From: Octopus vulgaris
Taxonomy: Eukaryota
Assembly: GCA_951406725.2 (NCBI GenBank)
Contig: OX597820.1
Coordinates: 47,058,001-47,122,000 of the forward strand
Direction: 5' to 3'
Length of the DNA: 64,000 nt
The notes under the pieces were generated by a model. That model was given only the letters and a program-made list of their open reading frames with translations, ran no database searches and had not been told where the DNA came from. A program made the translations under genes and the position numbers. The number at the start of each line of letters is the position of its first letter. The first letter of the stretch is position 1. Positions 15,728 through 30,715 of the stretch are shown piece after piece.

Positions 15728-16271
15728 GATGCCCTCTCACGGATTTAGAATGATGTTCCAAAGTTTGTAGCCTTCGACTAATATCCTACCTAATATCATT
15801 TATATTCTTGAGTCTACTATTTCTCACCCCGCCCGCCTCAAGTCACCTTGTTAGAAATAAATTAAAACCAGTATCAATTTAGGTGATTGTATTTCTATCC
15901 CAAAACTGGATGGCCTTGGGCGAGGAATATAGAATCATAGAGCGCCGACCGAACTGCCTTCCAGTAGTACGTAGCTGCCTCTCTTTATACACCGGTGCAT
16001 ATCACCAATATTGCAATCCTGGTAATATACGTAAAAAATATAATTACACTAAGCAACAAATTTTTTTTTTTTTTCTGAGTTACAGTCAAAAGAACTATTG
16101 TTTTCTGCTAAACCTCTGATACTGAATCTAGATCTCATGACCAAATTTCCTTATAACAGTCAGATTTTACTGTAACCAAGGACCAATGCAGTTTTAGATA
16201 AAGGAGGTAGTTGCTCGTACGCGCCATTAATTTAGGGGCCCAAAAGTAATCTGTGACGTTCTGTGGATAAA

Positions 16272-16571
16272 TCTTTATATATAAAAGTGAAGTTGTGTGT
16301 CTGTCTCCTACGATTTAGATTCCTAACTACTCCCACATTTTGCGGTGCAGTTTAACCAAAAGCGGGTATCTTATAGTCGTGATTCATATCGAGCCCTTCT
16401 GGGTATTAGTGCGCGTCTACGATGAGTCTACGATTTAAAAAAAAATTTACCATCATTTTTTCCCATTTTTAAGGCATTTTTTTGCTATTATATAAGGAAA
16501 GTAACTCTCTAAAAATGCTTATATAGTTATTTCCCTTACAAACCCGAACAACGCCGGGCGATACTGCTAGT
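16272..16571 (+). mobile_element. Non-autonomous Helitron
   Basis: 5' A|TC TTTATATATAAAA and a 3' hairpin CCCG(AACAACGC)CGGG about 10 nt before CTAG|T. No TSD. Confidence 0.8.
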
Positions 16572-17501
16572 AAATGATAAATAAATGTAGAAGCCTCAGT
16601 TCATTGCATTACCCAGGAAATGAGGCGGTGCTTTAATACTGTAAAGACAATCTTGCCGAATACCCTTCCCTTTTTTTCACTCACCCTCTGGCTTGTGTTA
16701 CAAATGCATAGTATGTTACCTTCCTGTGCCATGTTTTATGTTAGTCATGTTTAAATAATGTTAACACCACATGCTGCAGGTATTGAAGGTTTCTCATAGC
16801 TTTAGGAATTACACTACTAGATTCAAAGAAAAAAACTCTCAATTCTGCCGGATCTTAGTCACAGCCAGTCTCTTACATCATCAGACCATTGATACCATTG
16901 CAAAAAACACAAACGTTTCTTTTAGCTGTAAAATGAAAACACTTCATGTGACGATAGCAAAACGCTAGGAATGTTGTGTTGTTACGCAGGACACATACAA
17001 CAGCCTAGCATACCAACACCTTGGCAATAGCAGGACTTACACGAAAGTCACTGGAATAATTGTAACTCTGCTGGAGGACCTCAACAAGACACCTGGATCA
17101 ACATTTGCGACCAGTGTAAATTTCTAGCGAAGGTCAAAAGAAATTTTACTACACGTAACAGGAAAGTTAAATGTTTGACTGACGAAAATCCAGTTCTTGA
17201 AATTTGGAACCAAACAACTTAACCTTTTCTTTCCTTAATTCTAAATTGTGGATCAAACCTCTTAGCTCTGTTTGACTTAGCAGATGTGGAAACACTAGCT
17301 GCACCTAGAATATGTTGGCTATCTTTCTCTGATTCTACATACGTACCACCACGACCACTACACCACGACCACTCCACTACCACCACCACCACTACCAGCT
17401 GGAGCAACACAACCACAAACATCACCACCACCAGCACCACCACAACTACCACTATCACCAGCACCAGCAACACAACACCACCAACACCATCACCACTATC
17501 A

Positions 17502-17542
<41 letters not shown>

Positions 17543-17673
17543 ATCCAAACAAGAAAGCAAAATATATATATATATATATATATGTAATTTTCTAGATGGT
17601 GTAATTTAATTGTTCATTTTGAATTGATAAAAAGTGGTTTTTTTCTAATTCAGCTCTGAGCTGAAACTAGAGA

Positions 17674-17740
<67 letters not shown>

Positions 17741-18185
17741 TATATACACACAAATAGTGTATGTGTGTGTGTATATGCATACACACACACATATTCACAC
17801 ATAAGTATATATGTATCTATAAACACACACATACATACATGCATACATACATACATACATACATACATACATACATACATACATACATACATACGTACAT
17901 TCATACATGCATACATACATATACATTCATGTACTCGTGGATGTACACAGACATACCTTGTGTATTGAAAAATTAGATTCAATTTAAAATTAAGTGAGAA
18001 CATAGGTCAACCGGAAATATCTATTACTTCCGCTATTACTATTGCAAATGTCACCTTGATCTTGTCATACAGCCGGCGTCTGGTCTTTTCGCACACAAAT
18101 AACGGATGATGTTACGCTCTGTCTGTCTATCTATCTATCTATCTATCTATTTCTCAGTCTGACGTGCTATCTTATAATTATGTGT

Positions 18186-18233
<48 letters not shown>

Positions 18234-18324
18234 TCCACACATTCTTGAATCTTATAATTTTATAATTCAGAAACATGTGGAGCAATGTGTGCGCGTGTGT
18301 ATGTGTGTGTGTGTGTGTGTGTGT

Positions 18325-18360
<36 letters not shown>

Positions 18361-18422
18361 ATAGTAGTAGTAGCAGCAGCAGCAACAGTAATAGTTGTAG
18401 TAGTTAGAAAAGTAGGTAGAGT

Positions 18423-18466
<44 letters not shown>

Positions 18467-18520
18467 TATACATATGTGTGTGTGTACGTATGTATGTATG
18501 TATATATATCTGTATTCATG

Positions 18521-18585
<65 letters not shown>

Positions 18586-18617
18586 TTGTGTGTGTGTGTG
18601 TGCTTACATAATTATGC

Positions 18618-18676
<59 letters not shown>

Positions 18677-19197
18677 TGTATGTGTATGTGAGTACGTGCG
18701 TGTAATCCACCATATGTTCTTGAATCTTAATACTATTCTAAATGTCAGCGGTGTCATTAAGCTACAGAGCAGAGCGATTAAGCTTTACAATGATACGACA
18801 ATATAACAAACAAGCACTTAAATTTGTAGACACAACAGAGATGGTCTAAACAACAGCAGCAGTAAGAGGGGCATTAAGAGTAACACCTACAGTGGAAATA
18901 AGAACAACAGCAACAGTATATAGAGTGTAGTATTGCTAGCCGACCCTGGCGTGTATGACTTTGTAACACATACCGTGCTTTCGCTAATTGTTTTAGGCGC
19001 CTGTGTGATTGCGAGCAGATACAGATGCTCTCTTACACTTAACCCTATGTAACATCTGTTGTGTGAAAGCTTGAGGAAGAGAGTGAGTGTTGTACCAGAA
19101 GTTGATCGATGCACGTTTGCAGATGATCAGAAACCAATCAGTGGCGTGTTTGCAACTGAATAGATTAGAGTAAGGTGAAATGTATGTTGTTGTGTAC

Positions 19198-19230
<33 letters not shown>

Positions 19231-19914
19231 TGTTCATTCATGGTTATACCAGTCGCAATATTCGGTCTAAGAACTGAATTCGCAACAGGAAAATTATGGT
19301 AATCGTCGGAAAGTTATGGTTACACCTGGAATCATCACCGTCGTCGTCGTCGTCGTCGTCGTCATCGCCGTCGTCGTCATCGCCGTCGTCGTCATCGCCG
19401 TCGTCGTCTCGTCGCTGTCGTCGTCAGAATCATCATCATCATCATCATCATCACCACCACCACCACCACTACCATCTTCATCAACAACAATAACAACAAC
19501 GACAGTAACAACATCATCATCATCATCAACCCCCAGGACATTATTGCCTCGAGTCCGGGGAGTCCCAAGACCGGTTTATTCAGTTTCCATAGTGTATATG
19601 TGACTGAAATCAGAGTATTTCCCCCTGAACGAGACACTAGTGCGTTGCAGGGTTACCCATTTACAGCTAAGTAGGCTGGAGCAACGTAAAATGAAGTGTT
19701 TTGCTCAAGAACACGACACAACGCCAGATCCGGAAGTCGAAACTACGATCCAACCACAAGGGCACACACTTTCACTTCAAGATCACCAGCCAAGGTAACC
19801 TACAACAACAAATATACGAACTGACAAATACTACGAACCATGGAGAGGGAACCTCACCGAGCTCGCTCGTCTTGCTGGAAATGAGCTGCTGAAATTCTCT
19901 TTGGATTAGAGAAG

Positions 19915-20292
19915 GGATGGAAGCACTCCGTCGGTTACGACGACGAGGGTTCCGGTTGATCCGATCAACGGAACAGCCTGCTCGTGAAATTAACGTGTAA
20001 GTGGCTGAGCACTCCACAGACACGTGTACCCTTTACGTAGTTCTCGGAGATATTCAGCGTGACACAGAGTGTGACAAGGCCGGCCCTTTGAAATACAGGT
20101 ACAACAGAAACAAAGTGTGAGAGAAAGTTGTGGTGAAAGAGTACAGCAGGGATCACCCCCCCCCTGCCGGAGCCTCGTGGAGCTTTAGGTGTTTTCGCTC
20201 AATAAACACTCACAACGCCCGGTCTGGGAATCGAAACCGCGATCCTACGACCGCGAGTCCGCTGCCCTAACCACTGGGCCATTGCGCCTCCA
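19915..20292 (-). mobile_element. tRNA-derived SINE family C
   Basis: Minus head GGAGGCGCAATGGCCCAGTGGTTAGGGCAGCGGACTCGCGG...GGTTTCGATTCCC, the same head as at 48476. Confidence 0.88.
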
Positions 20293-21192
20293 GGATTAGA
20301 GAAGAGTTCGCTGGATAATGCAATCAAGGTTAAAACTAAACGTTGTAAGCAGATAAAGGAATATGGGATGGTTAAGTCTTTGATGTCCTTTTATCAACGG
20401 TCGACTTCTTTGGAGTCGACTCGGGACTTATCAACAACGACGACAACTACAACAATATCAACAACAGCAGCAGTAACAACAACAACAACAGCAGCAGTAG
20501 TGCCAACAATAATGATCCCGAAACCAATATGATAACCCTTATGTGGTTATTCATCATCATCATCATCATCATCATCATCGTCCAGTGTTTTAAATCCGGA
20601 TTTTCTCCCCGTTAACAGGAGTGGTCGGATCTACCTCAATGCTATAGCAACCGAGGTAGTCAAGTGCAGCCCACCCCAACCTTCGGGCTGGCTGGTGCCT
20701 ATTTTCCTTTGCTATCATGAGGCTTTTTTGGGAGCTGGATTTTCTACGGGGAGCATACCCTTCCTTACTCCAACCTCAGTTTCTAGACATGAGTGGTCCT
20801 GAGACCAAGGCCTCTTCCACGATTTTTAAGAAATGTGGTGAAAAACTAGCTCAGGGAAGCAGAGACGCTACTCCCTGAGACTCCTTTCGGAACTCCCATC
20901 CCTCTTACAAATGCCGGCTGAATCTTCCTCAGAAACATCCCTACCCATCATGGAGAAGACGGAATGATGTGCTTTTGGGCGGGGAGATGTATAAACGGTG
21001 CCAACTTCCCTGATTAAGCGGTAAAAAAAAAAAAAAAACGAAATCCCACGAAATTGCAAAATTAATTATTTTAATCAATTCAGATGTGTTCCTACAAAAT
21101 TTTCAGCTTTAATAATTCACATTGGTGCTAAAACGGTTCCAGAACCCTACAGTATTCAAAATTCATTGGTTATTGATCTTTGAAGCTGATGG

Positions 21193-21286
<94 letters not shown>

Positions 21287-21707
21287 CGTCGTCGTCGTAG
21301 TCGTAGTCGTTGTAGTCGTCGTCGTCGTTGTTGTTGCTGTTGTGGTTTTTATTGCTTGGCTACAAGTCAACCTTGATCAAATAGATCGGTGATCAAAAAC
21401 ATTCTAACTGACCATCCCGACCTATTTAGCGGGGGGTGGGGGTGCATTTGAAACTACATTATTTCAATTAACCCTTTATTTATTTATTTATTTAAGATGG
21501 TAAAATTATTTCTTTTCAACAGAAATTTGGCTGCTATTTCTAACTGGTCGAGACATCACATTGAGACCCTCACCGTGGTTATTACCGATTAATCTATAAT
21601 GGATTGTTGACTTTACATCATCTGTGACTCAATTTATTTGTTTAACGGCTCAGATCTTGTGTGGTTTACTGCGTTGTAAACGGATGTAGTGACGGTGGTA
21701 GTGGTGG

Positions 21708-21762
<55 letters not shown>

Positions 21763-21793
21763 GCTACTGCTCCTGCTTCTGCTGCTGCTGCTG

Positions 21794-21855
<62 letters not shown>

Positions 21856-21907
21856 GCTGCTACTACTACTACTACTTCTGCTGCTACTACTACTACTACT
21901 ACTGCTG

Positions 21908-21963
<56 letters not shown>

Positions 21964-21985
21964 GCTACTGCTGCAGCTGCTGCTT
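21708..21985 (+). repeat. (CTA)n/(CTG)n trinucleotide microsatellite
   Basis: Direct reading. Other trinucleotide tracts lie at 6560-6815, 21192-21345, 44520-44760, 45828-46181 and 57333-57575. Confidence 0.95.
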
Positions 21986-22276
21986 GTTATACTTGTGGTG
22001 GGAAATATGCTGATGGTGAAGATGGTGCTGGTGCTGGTGGTGGGTTTTGTTAGTGGTGTTGGTGTCGTTCATGGTTTGCGTACTGCTGCTGATGATGATG
22101 ATGACGACGACGACGATAATGATGACGGTGACGACGACGACGATGATAATGATGATGACGATGTTGATGGTGAATAATGAGGAAGAGGAGGATTCATAAT
22201 AATGTGTAACATTAGCGGTGAAAGAAAGAAAGAGAGAGAGAAAGAGAAAGAATATGTGCGTGTGTGTGAGCGTAAT

Positions 22277-22310
<34 letters not shown>

Positions 22311-23331
22311 TTTGTGTGTGATGTGGTGTGGTAGGGGTGCCTTGACCAATTCGCCAATCGGTTGGTTAGGTAACTTGACGTAGTGTTAAACCATTCAATC
22401 TAGACCGGATATCTTTTGTTCGCCGTCACTTAAGCACCATCACCGCCTTGTTAGACACGGCATGTTGCATTTGTTATGAGTGACTGGTTAACTGGGGGAA
22501 TGAAGGGATGATGGGTGGAGACAGACAAGTGTTAAACAGGGGTAGTATTGTAATAATTAAGGCAATGAAGCTGGTTGGTGGTGGTAGTTACGCTATTGGT
22601 GATAGTGGTGCTTCTGCTACCGTTGGTAGTTGTGGCATTGGTTATAATTGTGATGATGGTATTGGGTATTGGTGATTGTTCTGATGGAGTTGCTCTGCTG
22701 GTGGTGCTGTTGGTGATGACAGTGGTAGTGGTGGTAGAGGTAGTGATGGTGGTTATGGTAAAAGTAGTGATAATGATGTTCAGAGAGGTGGTGTTAGTTG
22801 TAACAGTTGTAATAGTAGTATTGTCAGTGTTATGATAGTGGTTAATGGTGGTGTTGGTGATAGTATCTGAAGCCATATTGCCATTGTTGTTGTTTAGCCC
22901 TCACTGAACGAATCTACGATCAAAGACGTTCCAGCCATAGCCATCCAATCGTTTGTTGCAGACTACATTAACCAATGAATCTTCACTTAAAATATTAGTT
23001 GTACTATTTGAGTGAGATGTGACTGTTATATCGAGCATATTGTGTGACTGCATAATGATTGCGTAATGAGTATCTTGTCTGTAGCAGTAGAGATGAAGGA
23101 TGTTGTGGTTAATAGTGAATTATAGTATATAAGCAATGTTTCTGCCCGAATTACTCTTGCAGAAAACATTGCCGAATCGACTAGATTATCGGATGTGATT
23201 ATATATCGCTGGTCACAATGCGCTTCCTCGCATTGCTGTAGGTATCAAATGATGCCATCCAACTTGGTAGGTGGGCAGGATATCATTCCCTCTGAATGAA
23301 AGGCCAGTTGGTCTCAGGGTTACCCCTTTAC

Positions 23332-23576
23332 AGCTGAATTTTTTGCCATGGGCCCCTTTGATACCTGCTTTATTCTATTGGACTGTCTGAGCCATTTAAT
23401 AATGCTTTAAAAATACTATTATATTTTTATAATGAAATATCATAAAGAATTGTATTGAATAATTGTTAAAACATTTTGTGCTTGTAGAAGTATACCCAAT
23501 CCATTGCACGTAAATTTTAACAGCGAAATATTATATGGATCCCCAAGGGCCATGTGAACCCGGTTGAAAATCACTG
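23332..23576. mobile_element. Probable old hAT-type MITE
   Basis: The right end GGTTGAAAATCACTG resembles Charlie-like TIRs (CAGTG.TT.TCAAC). The left end is eroded. Confidence 0.4.
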
Positions 23577-23830
23577 CGTTAGAGTGTTAGACAAATGTCT
23601 TGCAGTATTTCTTCTAGTTTTGAGTTCAAATCCCCTCGAGATCAACTTTGCCTTTCGTCCTTTCAGGCTCGAAAAATAAAGTACTAGAGTTTTGTACTGG
23701 GGCCGGTGGTATCAACTAATCCCTTCACATACATAAAATTGCTGGACTTGTTCTTTAGTCAAAAATCATAATTAGCAGAAATCATGGAGAAGATGATGGT
23801 GGTCACGATAATGATTATAGTGCTATACAC

Positions 23831-24309
23831 TTTACTCTTTACTCTTTTACTTGTTTCAGTCATGTGACTGTGGCCATGCTGGAGCACCGCCTTTAGTCGA
23901 GCAAATCGACCCCAGGACTTATTCTTTGTAAGCCTAGTACTTATTCTATCGGTCTCTTTTTCCGAACCGCTAAGTTGCGGGGACGTAAATACACCAGCAT
24001 CGGTTATCAAGCGATGTTGGGGGGACAAACACAGACACGCAAACATATACACATGCATGCATACATACATACATACATACATACATACATACATACATAC
24101 ATACATTTATGTGACCTCGTGAGCACCGCCAGCAATTTTTTTCCTCTGTCTTCCCTTCTCGGGATCTTTCCTTCTCCTTTGTTTCCGACGAAGAGCTCCG
24201 CTCGAAACGTTAAACCCTCCTTCCCTTCTTTCCTGAGCGTCCAATAATACTTTATTTGTTCCACGTCCTCGCGTTGCTGTGTTTTTTTTATATGTTTTCT
24301 TGTTTGGAT

Positions 24310-24354
<45 letters not shown>

Positions 24355-24475
24355 GACGGGTTTCTTTCAGTTTCCGTCTACCAAATTCACTCACAAGGCT
24401 GCCACGCAGTGAGACTGAACCCGGAACCAGGTGGTTCGTAAGCAAGCTACTTACAACACACCCACTCCTACGCCT
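23831..24475 (-). mobile_element. SINE family A split by a ~210-bp hammerhead-bearing insertion
   Basis: 3' half at 23831-24040 and 5' part at 24355-24475. The insert spans about 24105-24315 between microsatellites. Confidence 0.8.
24181..24215 (+). ncRNA. Minimal type I hammerhead motif (loop-less palindromic stem III)
   Basis: GTTT-CCGACGA-A-GAGC-TCC-GCTC-GAAAC-GTT-AAAC. Stems I and II pair perfectly. Confidence 0.55.
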
Positions 24476-24964
24476 ATCAATAAGTTTTTTTTATATATTT
24501 GTCCACTCTTTGTTGTATTACGATTGTAATTGTCATGATTGCCAGTTTCAATAACAACTCTATCGTTGATGATGATGATGATGATGTCGCCATTGTTGTT
24601 GTTGCTGCTGCTGCTGTTGTTGTTGTTCTGACTCTCGTAATTGTGTAGTCCCAGATCAGATGTAAATCAGGCAAATCTAAAGCAAACAACTCATCCATGA
24701 ACATTCTCGAGACTACACGAGGCAATGTATCCTGTCTTTCTTAAACACAGTAATATGTAATTTAAGATAGATTTTGTCTGATAGGCTGTGCAACCACATT
24801 GAGACTTGTTGCCTCGGGTTCTCGTTCGTTTTAATGGTGTTGATGATGAGGAGGGTAATGGTGTTGGTGGTGGAGTTGGCAGTGTTGAGACAGGTGATGG
24901 TTATGATGATGATGATGGGTGACGATGTTATTGATGAAGTTGTTGCAGTATTTATATGTGTGCG

Positions 24965-25097
<133 letters not shown>

Positions 25098-25141
25098 GAC
25101 AAAAAAAACAATATATATATATGTATGTATATATATATGTA

Positions 25142-25202
<61 letters not shown>

Positions 25203-25242
25203 TATATATAATATATATAATATATATAAAAATAAAAATGTA

Positions 25243-25314
<72 letters not shown>

Positions 25315-25355
25315 ATAATATATATATATAAAAATAAAAAAGGGACAAGAACGCA

Positions 25356-25398
<43 letters not shown>

Positions 25399-26296
25399 AT
25401 GGGATACAAAATAAAAATGGGACAAGAACGCAAAACATCCACACAGACAATACGAAGAAAACAAGGACGGGTCATTCGGAGTTTTCTTTCCTCAGTCGAG
25501 GCTGGTTCTACTCAAGATTGCTCCAATCTGGCCAGCCCCAAGGAAAAACTAAGCTAAGAGCATTAGATCCCCTGGAAGAAAGCAGCGAATGTATACGAAA
25601 ACAAGGAGGGGAAAAAACGGAGAAATGTTACACAAATACAAATGTAAATAACAGGACATAACAACAGGTGTCTTTCGACTAAGAACGAATTAAATTAAGC
25701 TGGCGTGTGTGGAAGTAAAGCCTTGCGGCAGGGACATAAGGTTTGACAAGCAGAAGGAGGAATATAGATGTTGCACGGATGGTAGTCGAACCAAGAAAGA
25801 AAGGTCAGGCTTGGCCGAACACCGGTCACGTGGGGAGAGAAGAGAGAGAGGTAGAGGCAGAGGGATAGAAGAATTAAGGAGGAGCGAAAAAAAATGAAAG
25901 GAACAGAGTGATGTGAAAGAGGAGGGAAAGTCAGCATAAAGAGAAGGCCAGGAAATGTGAGAGAGGGGGAACGAAAAAACGAAGATTGGAATGAATGAAG
26001 TAAGTGTGAAAGGGCTGATAGAATTAAGGAAAATTTATATATATATATATATATACTTACATATAAGAAACCAAAGTGTACGCTATACTTTCATTCTTTT
26101 CACCTGTTATGTCCTGTTATTTGCATTTGTATTTGTGTAACATTTCTCATTTTTTCCGTCCTTGTTTTCTTTGTATCGTCTGTCTGAATGTTTTGTTGTC
26201 CCTTTCTTGTATCACCTAACTGTCAGGATATTTTGCGTTCTTGACCCATTTTTGTATTATATAAATATATATATTTTTTTATACATATATACATAC

Positions 26297-26349
<53 letters not shown>

Positions 26350-26358
26350 CACATACAT

Positions 26359-26700
26359 GTGAAGGCGCATGGCTCAGAGGTTAGAGCATCGATCTTACGA
26401 CCGTGAGGTTGTGAGTTCGAAACTCGGACCGGGCTGCGTGTTGTGTTCTTGAGCAAGACACTTTATTTCACATTGCTCCAGTTCACTCATCTGTAGAAAT
26501 GAGTTGCGACGTCACTGGTGCCAAGCTGTATCGACCTTTGTCTTTCCCTTGGATAACATCGGTGACATGGAGAGGGAAGGCTGGTATCCATGGGCGACTG
26601 CTGGTCTTCCATAAACAACCTTGTCCGGACTTGTGCCTCAGAGGGTAACTTTCTAGGTACAATCCCATGGTCATTCGTGACCGAAGGGGGTCTCCGCCAT
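26359..26700 (+). mobile_element. tRNA-derived SINE family D
   Basis: GGCGCATGGCTCAGAGGTTAGAGC...GAGTTCGAAACTC head and GTGTTCTTGAGCAAGACACTTT core. Other copies at 37590-37887 (-) and 42176-42270. Confidence 0.85.
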
Positions 26701-26873
26701 ACACATACATACAAACATCTATCTATCGATCTGTCTGTTTATTAGTCTGTCTGTTTGTCTGTCTGTCTGTCTGCCTGTTTGTCTGTCTGTCTATCTATCT
26801 ATACATACATATCTATACATACATACATACATACATACATACATACATACATACATACATACATACATACATG

Positions 26874-26911
<38 letters not shown>

Positions 26912-27086
26912 TATGTGTGTGTGTGTATGTATGTATGTATGTATGTATGTATAAAATAAGTAAATGAGTAAATTTCACCAGTGGCACTACAAGAGGATGA
27001 ACCTCTCCAGACGCAACCATATATAAATATATATATATACACACACACATACAAACATACATACATACATACATACATACATACAT

Positions 27087-27117
<31 letters not shown>

Positions 27118-27709
27118 TACATACATACATACATACATACATACATACATACATACACATACACATACATACATACACATACACACACACATACATACAT
27201 ACATACATACATACATACATACATACATACATACATACATACATACATACATACATACATACATACATACATACATGAGAAAGGCTGAGGAAGAAAAGGA
27301 GGGCACGAAGAAAAATTAAGCATGGAAACAGGTAAATCACAAGCACAGTGCAAGATACCAAGCAAGGTCACCATACTCTTTCATCAGCTGTTGACTGAAG
27401 GTCAAAGCAATTTCGGTGCGTTAATGAACAGAAGAGCATACTCGACTCAGCAAGTCCCCGAGTCTGGTGTCAAGATAAGGCGACAAACAAGTTTACAAAG
27501 ATTAAGCAAACTAGAATGAGAGAGAAAGATGGGAGAGGACGAGAGGGAGAGAGAAACAGAGAGAGAGAGAGAGAGAGTGAGTGAGTGATGGAGTGTGTGT
27601 GTGTGTGAGCGAGTGAGTGAGTAAGAAAATGTAGGTGATCGCTGAAAATTGACACACACACATACACATACACACACACACACAAATACACACACACACA
27701 CACATATAT

Positions 27710-27748
<39 letters not shown>

Positions 27749-28074
27749 CACTAGTTCCATTGTTATTTGTTTTTGTTGTTGTTTCTATTGTTGCTGTTCT
27801 TTTTTCCATGTAGACAGTACTACCCCCACTATCTAAACTCTTGCCAACACCTCTACAAAGTTACCGATAACATGATAACGTGTGTCTAATTCTATATCAA
27901 AAGATATCAAGTGAGCACAATGGGTAGGAGGGGTGGTAGTGTCGGAGTAGTGTAAGGAGATGCAAGATGGCGACACAAGCCGTCTATTGTCGGTGAAATC
28001 CATTTTCAGTTTCCGCGTACATTTGAATATGTGTTTGTAGCTGTGTATGTGCAAGCGTACGTTTGTGTACCTTC

Positions 28075-28111
<37 letters not shown>

Positions 28112-29419
28112 GTATATATATATATATATTCTCCACACATACATTCTCATATATAAACATACTACATGCAGATATATTACACGCATACATTTGCATATTA
28201 CCTATAACATTTATTAACAAAGGAAGCTATTTACTGAAACGTTTTGCCGATACCGATTCAAAACAGACTGTTTTAAGACGCTATTATTAGTGAAACTCTG
28301 ATGCAACAATTGATAATAAATATTACTTTGGCTCTGTAGCCATTATTGTGTCCTTTCATCGGTGCATGAATAGTCTATACAAATGCACAAACCAATAAAA
28401 CAAACGATTAGATATTATGATGATTGTCGTCTCCTTGTGTTTCCCCGTTGTCAATGATATTTCTGTGTTGTCATCCATTTTTTTTTTTCAGATGTCTCTT
28501 CACTCGCGTTGCATAGTTCGAAGCATAAGTGACAGAGTAATGCTGTAACTTATTCTGCGCTTCCAGCTGGTTAGGTCTGCATACGTCGCGATCCTTCCAT
28601 CACCATAGCACTTTCACTAGATGACATGACAAATGAGGCTACTATAAAGAGACATCTGCTTGTCATTGGATTATAGTAATAAACGCGCGTACAATGCGAG
28701 TATCAGTCTCCGAGTGTCTGTGATTAGTACCTAGTGACAGGCCAAAGGGAGATGTCTGTTAATCAGGTGAAACCACAGATTTTACATCAGAGTGTCCCTC
28801 TCCTAAAAAGATGCTGTGAGAACAGCTAGAGGTCTCTCACTCCCAGTGGTTTTACTGCGCGCCCTAATACTAACCAAGAGTGCTGATGATTGCTCTACCA
28901 GAGAGTGCCCCAATATGACTGATGGTATTTTGATACCTACTGACTTAAACGAGAACTTTTCTTCATGGCAAAACATGTGTCTGTGTGCAAGACTCTGTGT
29001 GTGTGTGTGTGTGTGTGTGAGTTATATATACAGGTTTGTGTGTGAGTATGGACGCAGGAATATACCTTTCTGTCATATTGTATTGCGTGCGTATGTGTAT
29101 CTTTGTGTATATGATACGAATTTTGCTTGGTTGGGTGTAGTTTTCCCTTGATTCGGGGTATGTGTGTGCGTGTGAGCGCGTGAGCATGTAGACGTGTATA
29201 TATTAGTAGCGTTTTGTGAAAGTGAGGCGCGCATGCGTGTGCGTATACAGTGTTCGCATGAGCAGGGGGTTGTTAAAACAAGTGCTAAGATTCGTGGATA
29301 TTTTGTTAGATAAATGTATCATGCAGGATATGGCGTATATGTGTGTATGAGTAAGTGTGTGCGTGCAGTTTGTGAGTCGGGGGATGTTTACGGGGAGGGC
29401 TGATATTGAAATAACGCCG

Positions 29420-29870
29420 AAAGGGTGTGGGCTTGGAGGAAAACTAAAACGCCATTCTCTGCGAAGTCTGGAGTTCGTGGATCTGGTGTGTAAGATCAAA
29501 CCAAATATGATTGATTGTAGTAGCGAATGGTCCGCGGAGCGGAAGTAGCGAGAGCCCGAACCCTGGTTTCCGGGTTGGATGTGAAGATGTTCGTAAATCA
29601 GCCAACGATGTGACGGATGGGTTGATCTATGTACAAAGCATTGCAGAAAGAGCTTCTAAGGAGGTAAAGGAATCAGAAATCTGGAAGGTGCCATGGTTTG
29701 ATAATGTGAGGGATGTGGGGGTTGGTGAGAAACGGACAGGTATTGCAACGGTGCTGGAAATGGGGGTAAGATTCCGGAAAATGAAAGGGGAAGGGGAGAA
29801 AGGCAGGAAGGTAGGGGAAAATAAGTCACGTGGACTACGGACACATTTGAACGAAGGGAGTGATGGATTA
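29420..29870 (-). pseudogene. Degenerate Penelope-like GIY-YIG endonuclease fragment
   Basis: Hand translation of the minus strand gives HRCNTCPFLT...CSFCNALYIDQPIRH...RLRRE. This parallels RCxTCP...CxxCxxxYIGQTGRRLxxRF of PLE endonucleases. Confidence 0.65.
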
Positions 29871-30494
29871 TAGAGAGGGTTATGTTTATGTATTTACCAA
29901 GTGTCACATAATTTTTTCTTTTCAGATTTAAACATGTTTAACTGTACCATTTATGTGTGTGTATATAGATATATTTATACACACACACACACATATATAT
30001 GAACTTAAATATATAGAAATAAACTTGTATATCCCATCAGAATCTGTATCGGCCCCGATCAGTGGATCAAGAAGTCACATGTTATACAACTCCCCAACCA
30101 GTGAAGCTAGAGGCAGTCACAATATCCACGGTGGCAGATCAAAGAGTCGCCGATATTACTTGAAGTTTCCACATCATTTGAATAAAGGTTAGTGAAAAAC
30201 AAATCAACGGTAACCATCTATTAACAACAATTACACTAACACCACTAACGTAAGCAGTGACAAAATTATCACAACACCACCATTATCCCTAATATCAGCA
30301 ACACCTCTGCCATAACAACACTAACAACACAAAAACAATTCCATCATCACCACCAGTCCTAATAATACCAATTACGAGTCATCGAGGGAATCTCTATGTT
30401 GTTCAATCTCCTGGAAACAGCAGCCAAGTTTGTCAGAATTCATATTTCAGTGTCTTTTAAATAAAAACGAGAAAAAATTCTCATAAAATAACCC

Positions 30495-30715
30495 TCTCTA
30501 CTTTAGGCACAAGGCCTGAAATCTTAGGGGAAGGAACTAGTCGATTTTATCGACCCCAGTGTTCAACTGGTACTTATTTTATTGCCCCCCCCCACCTCTA
30601 AAGAACGTAAAGTAAAGTTAGGCACGGTGGAATTTGAACTCAGGACGTAAAGACAGACAAAATGCAGTTAAGCATTTTGCTTGGCGCGCTAACGTTTCTG
30701 CCAGATCACCGCCTT
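30495..30715 (-). mobile_element. SINE family B
   Basis: GGAATTTGAACTCAGGACGTA...CTAACGTTTCTGCCAGATCACCGCC. Confidence 0.85.
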
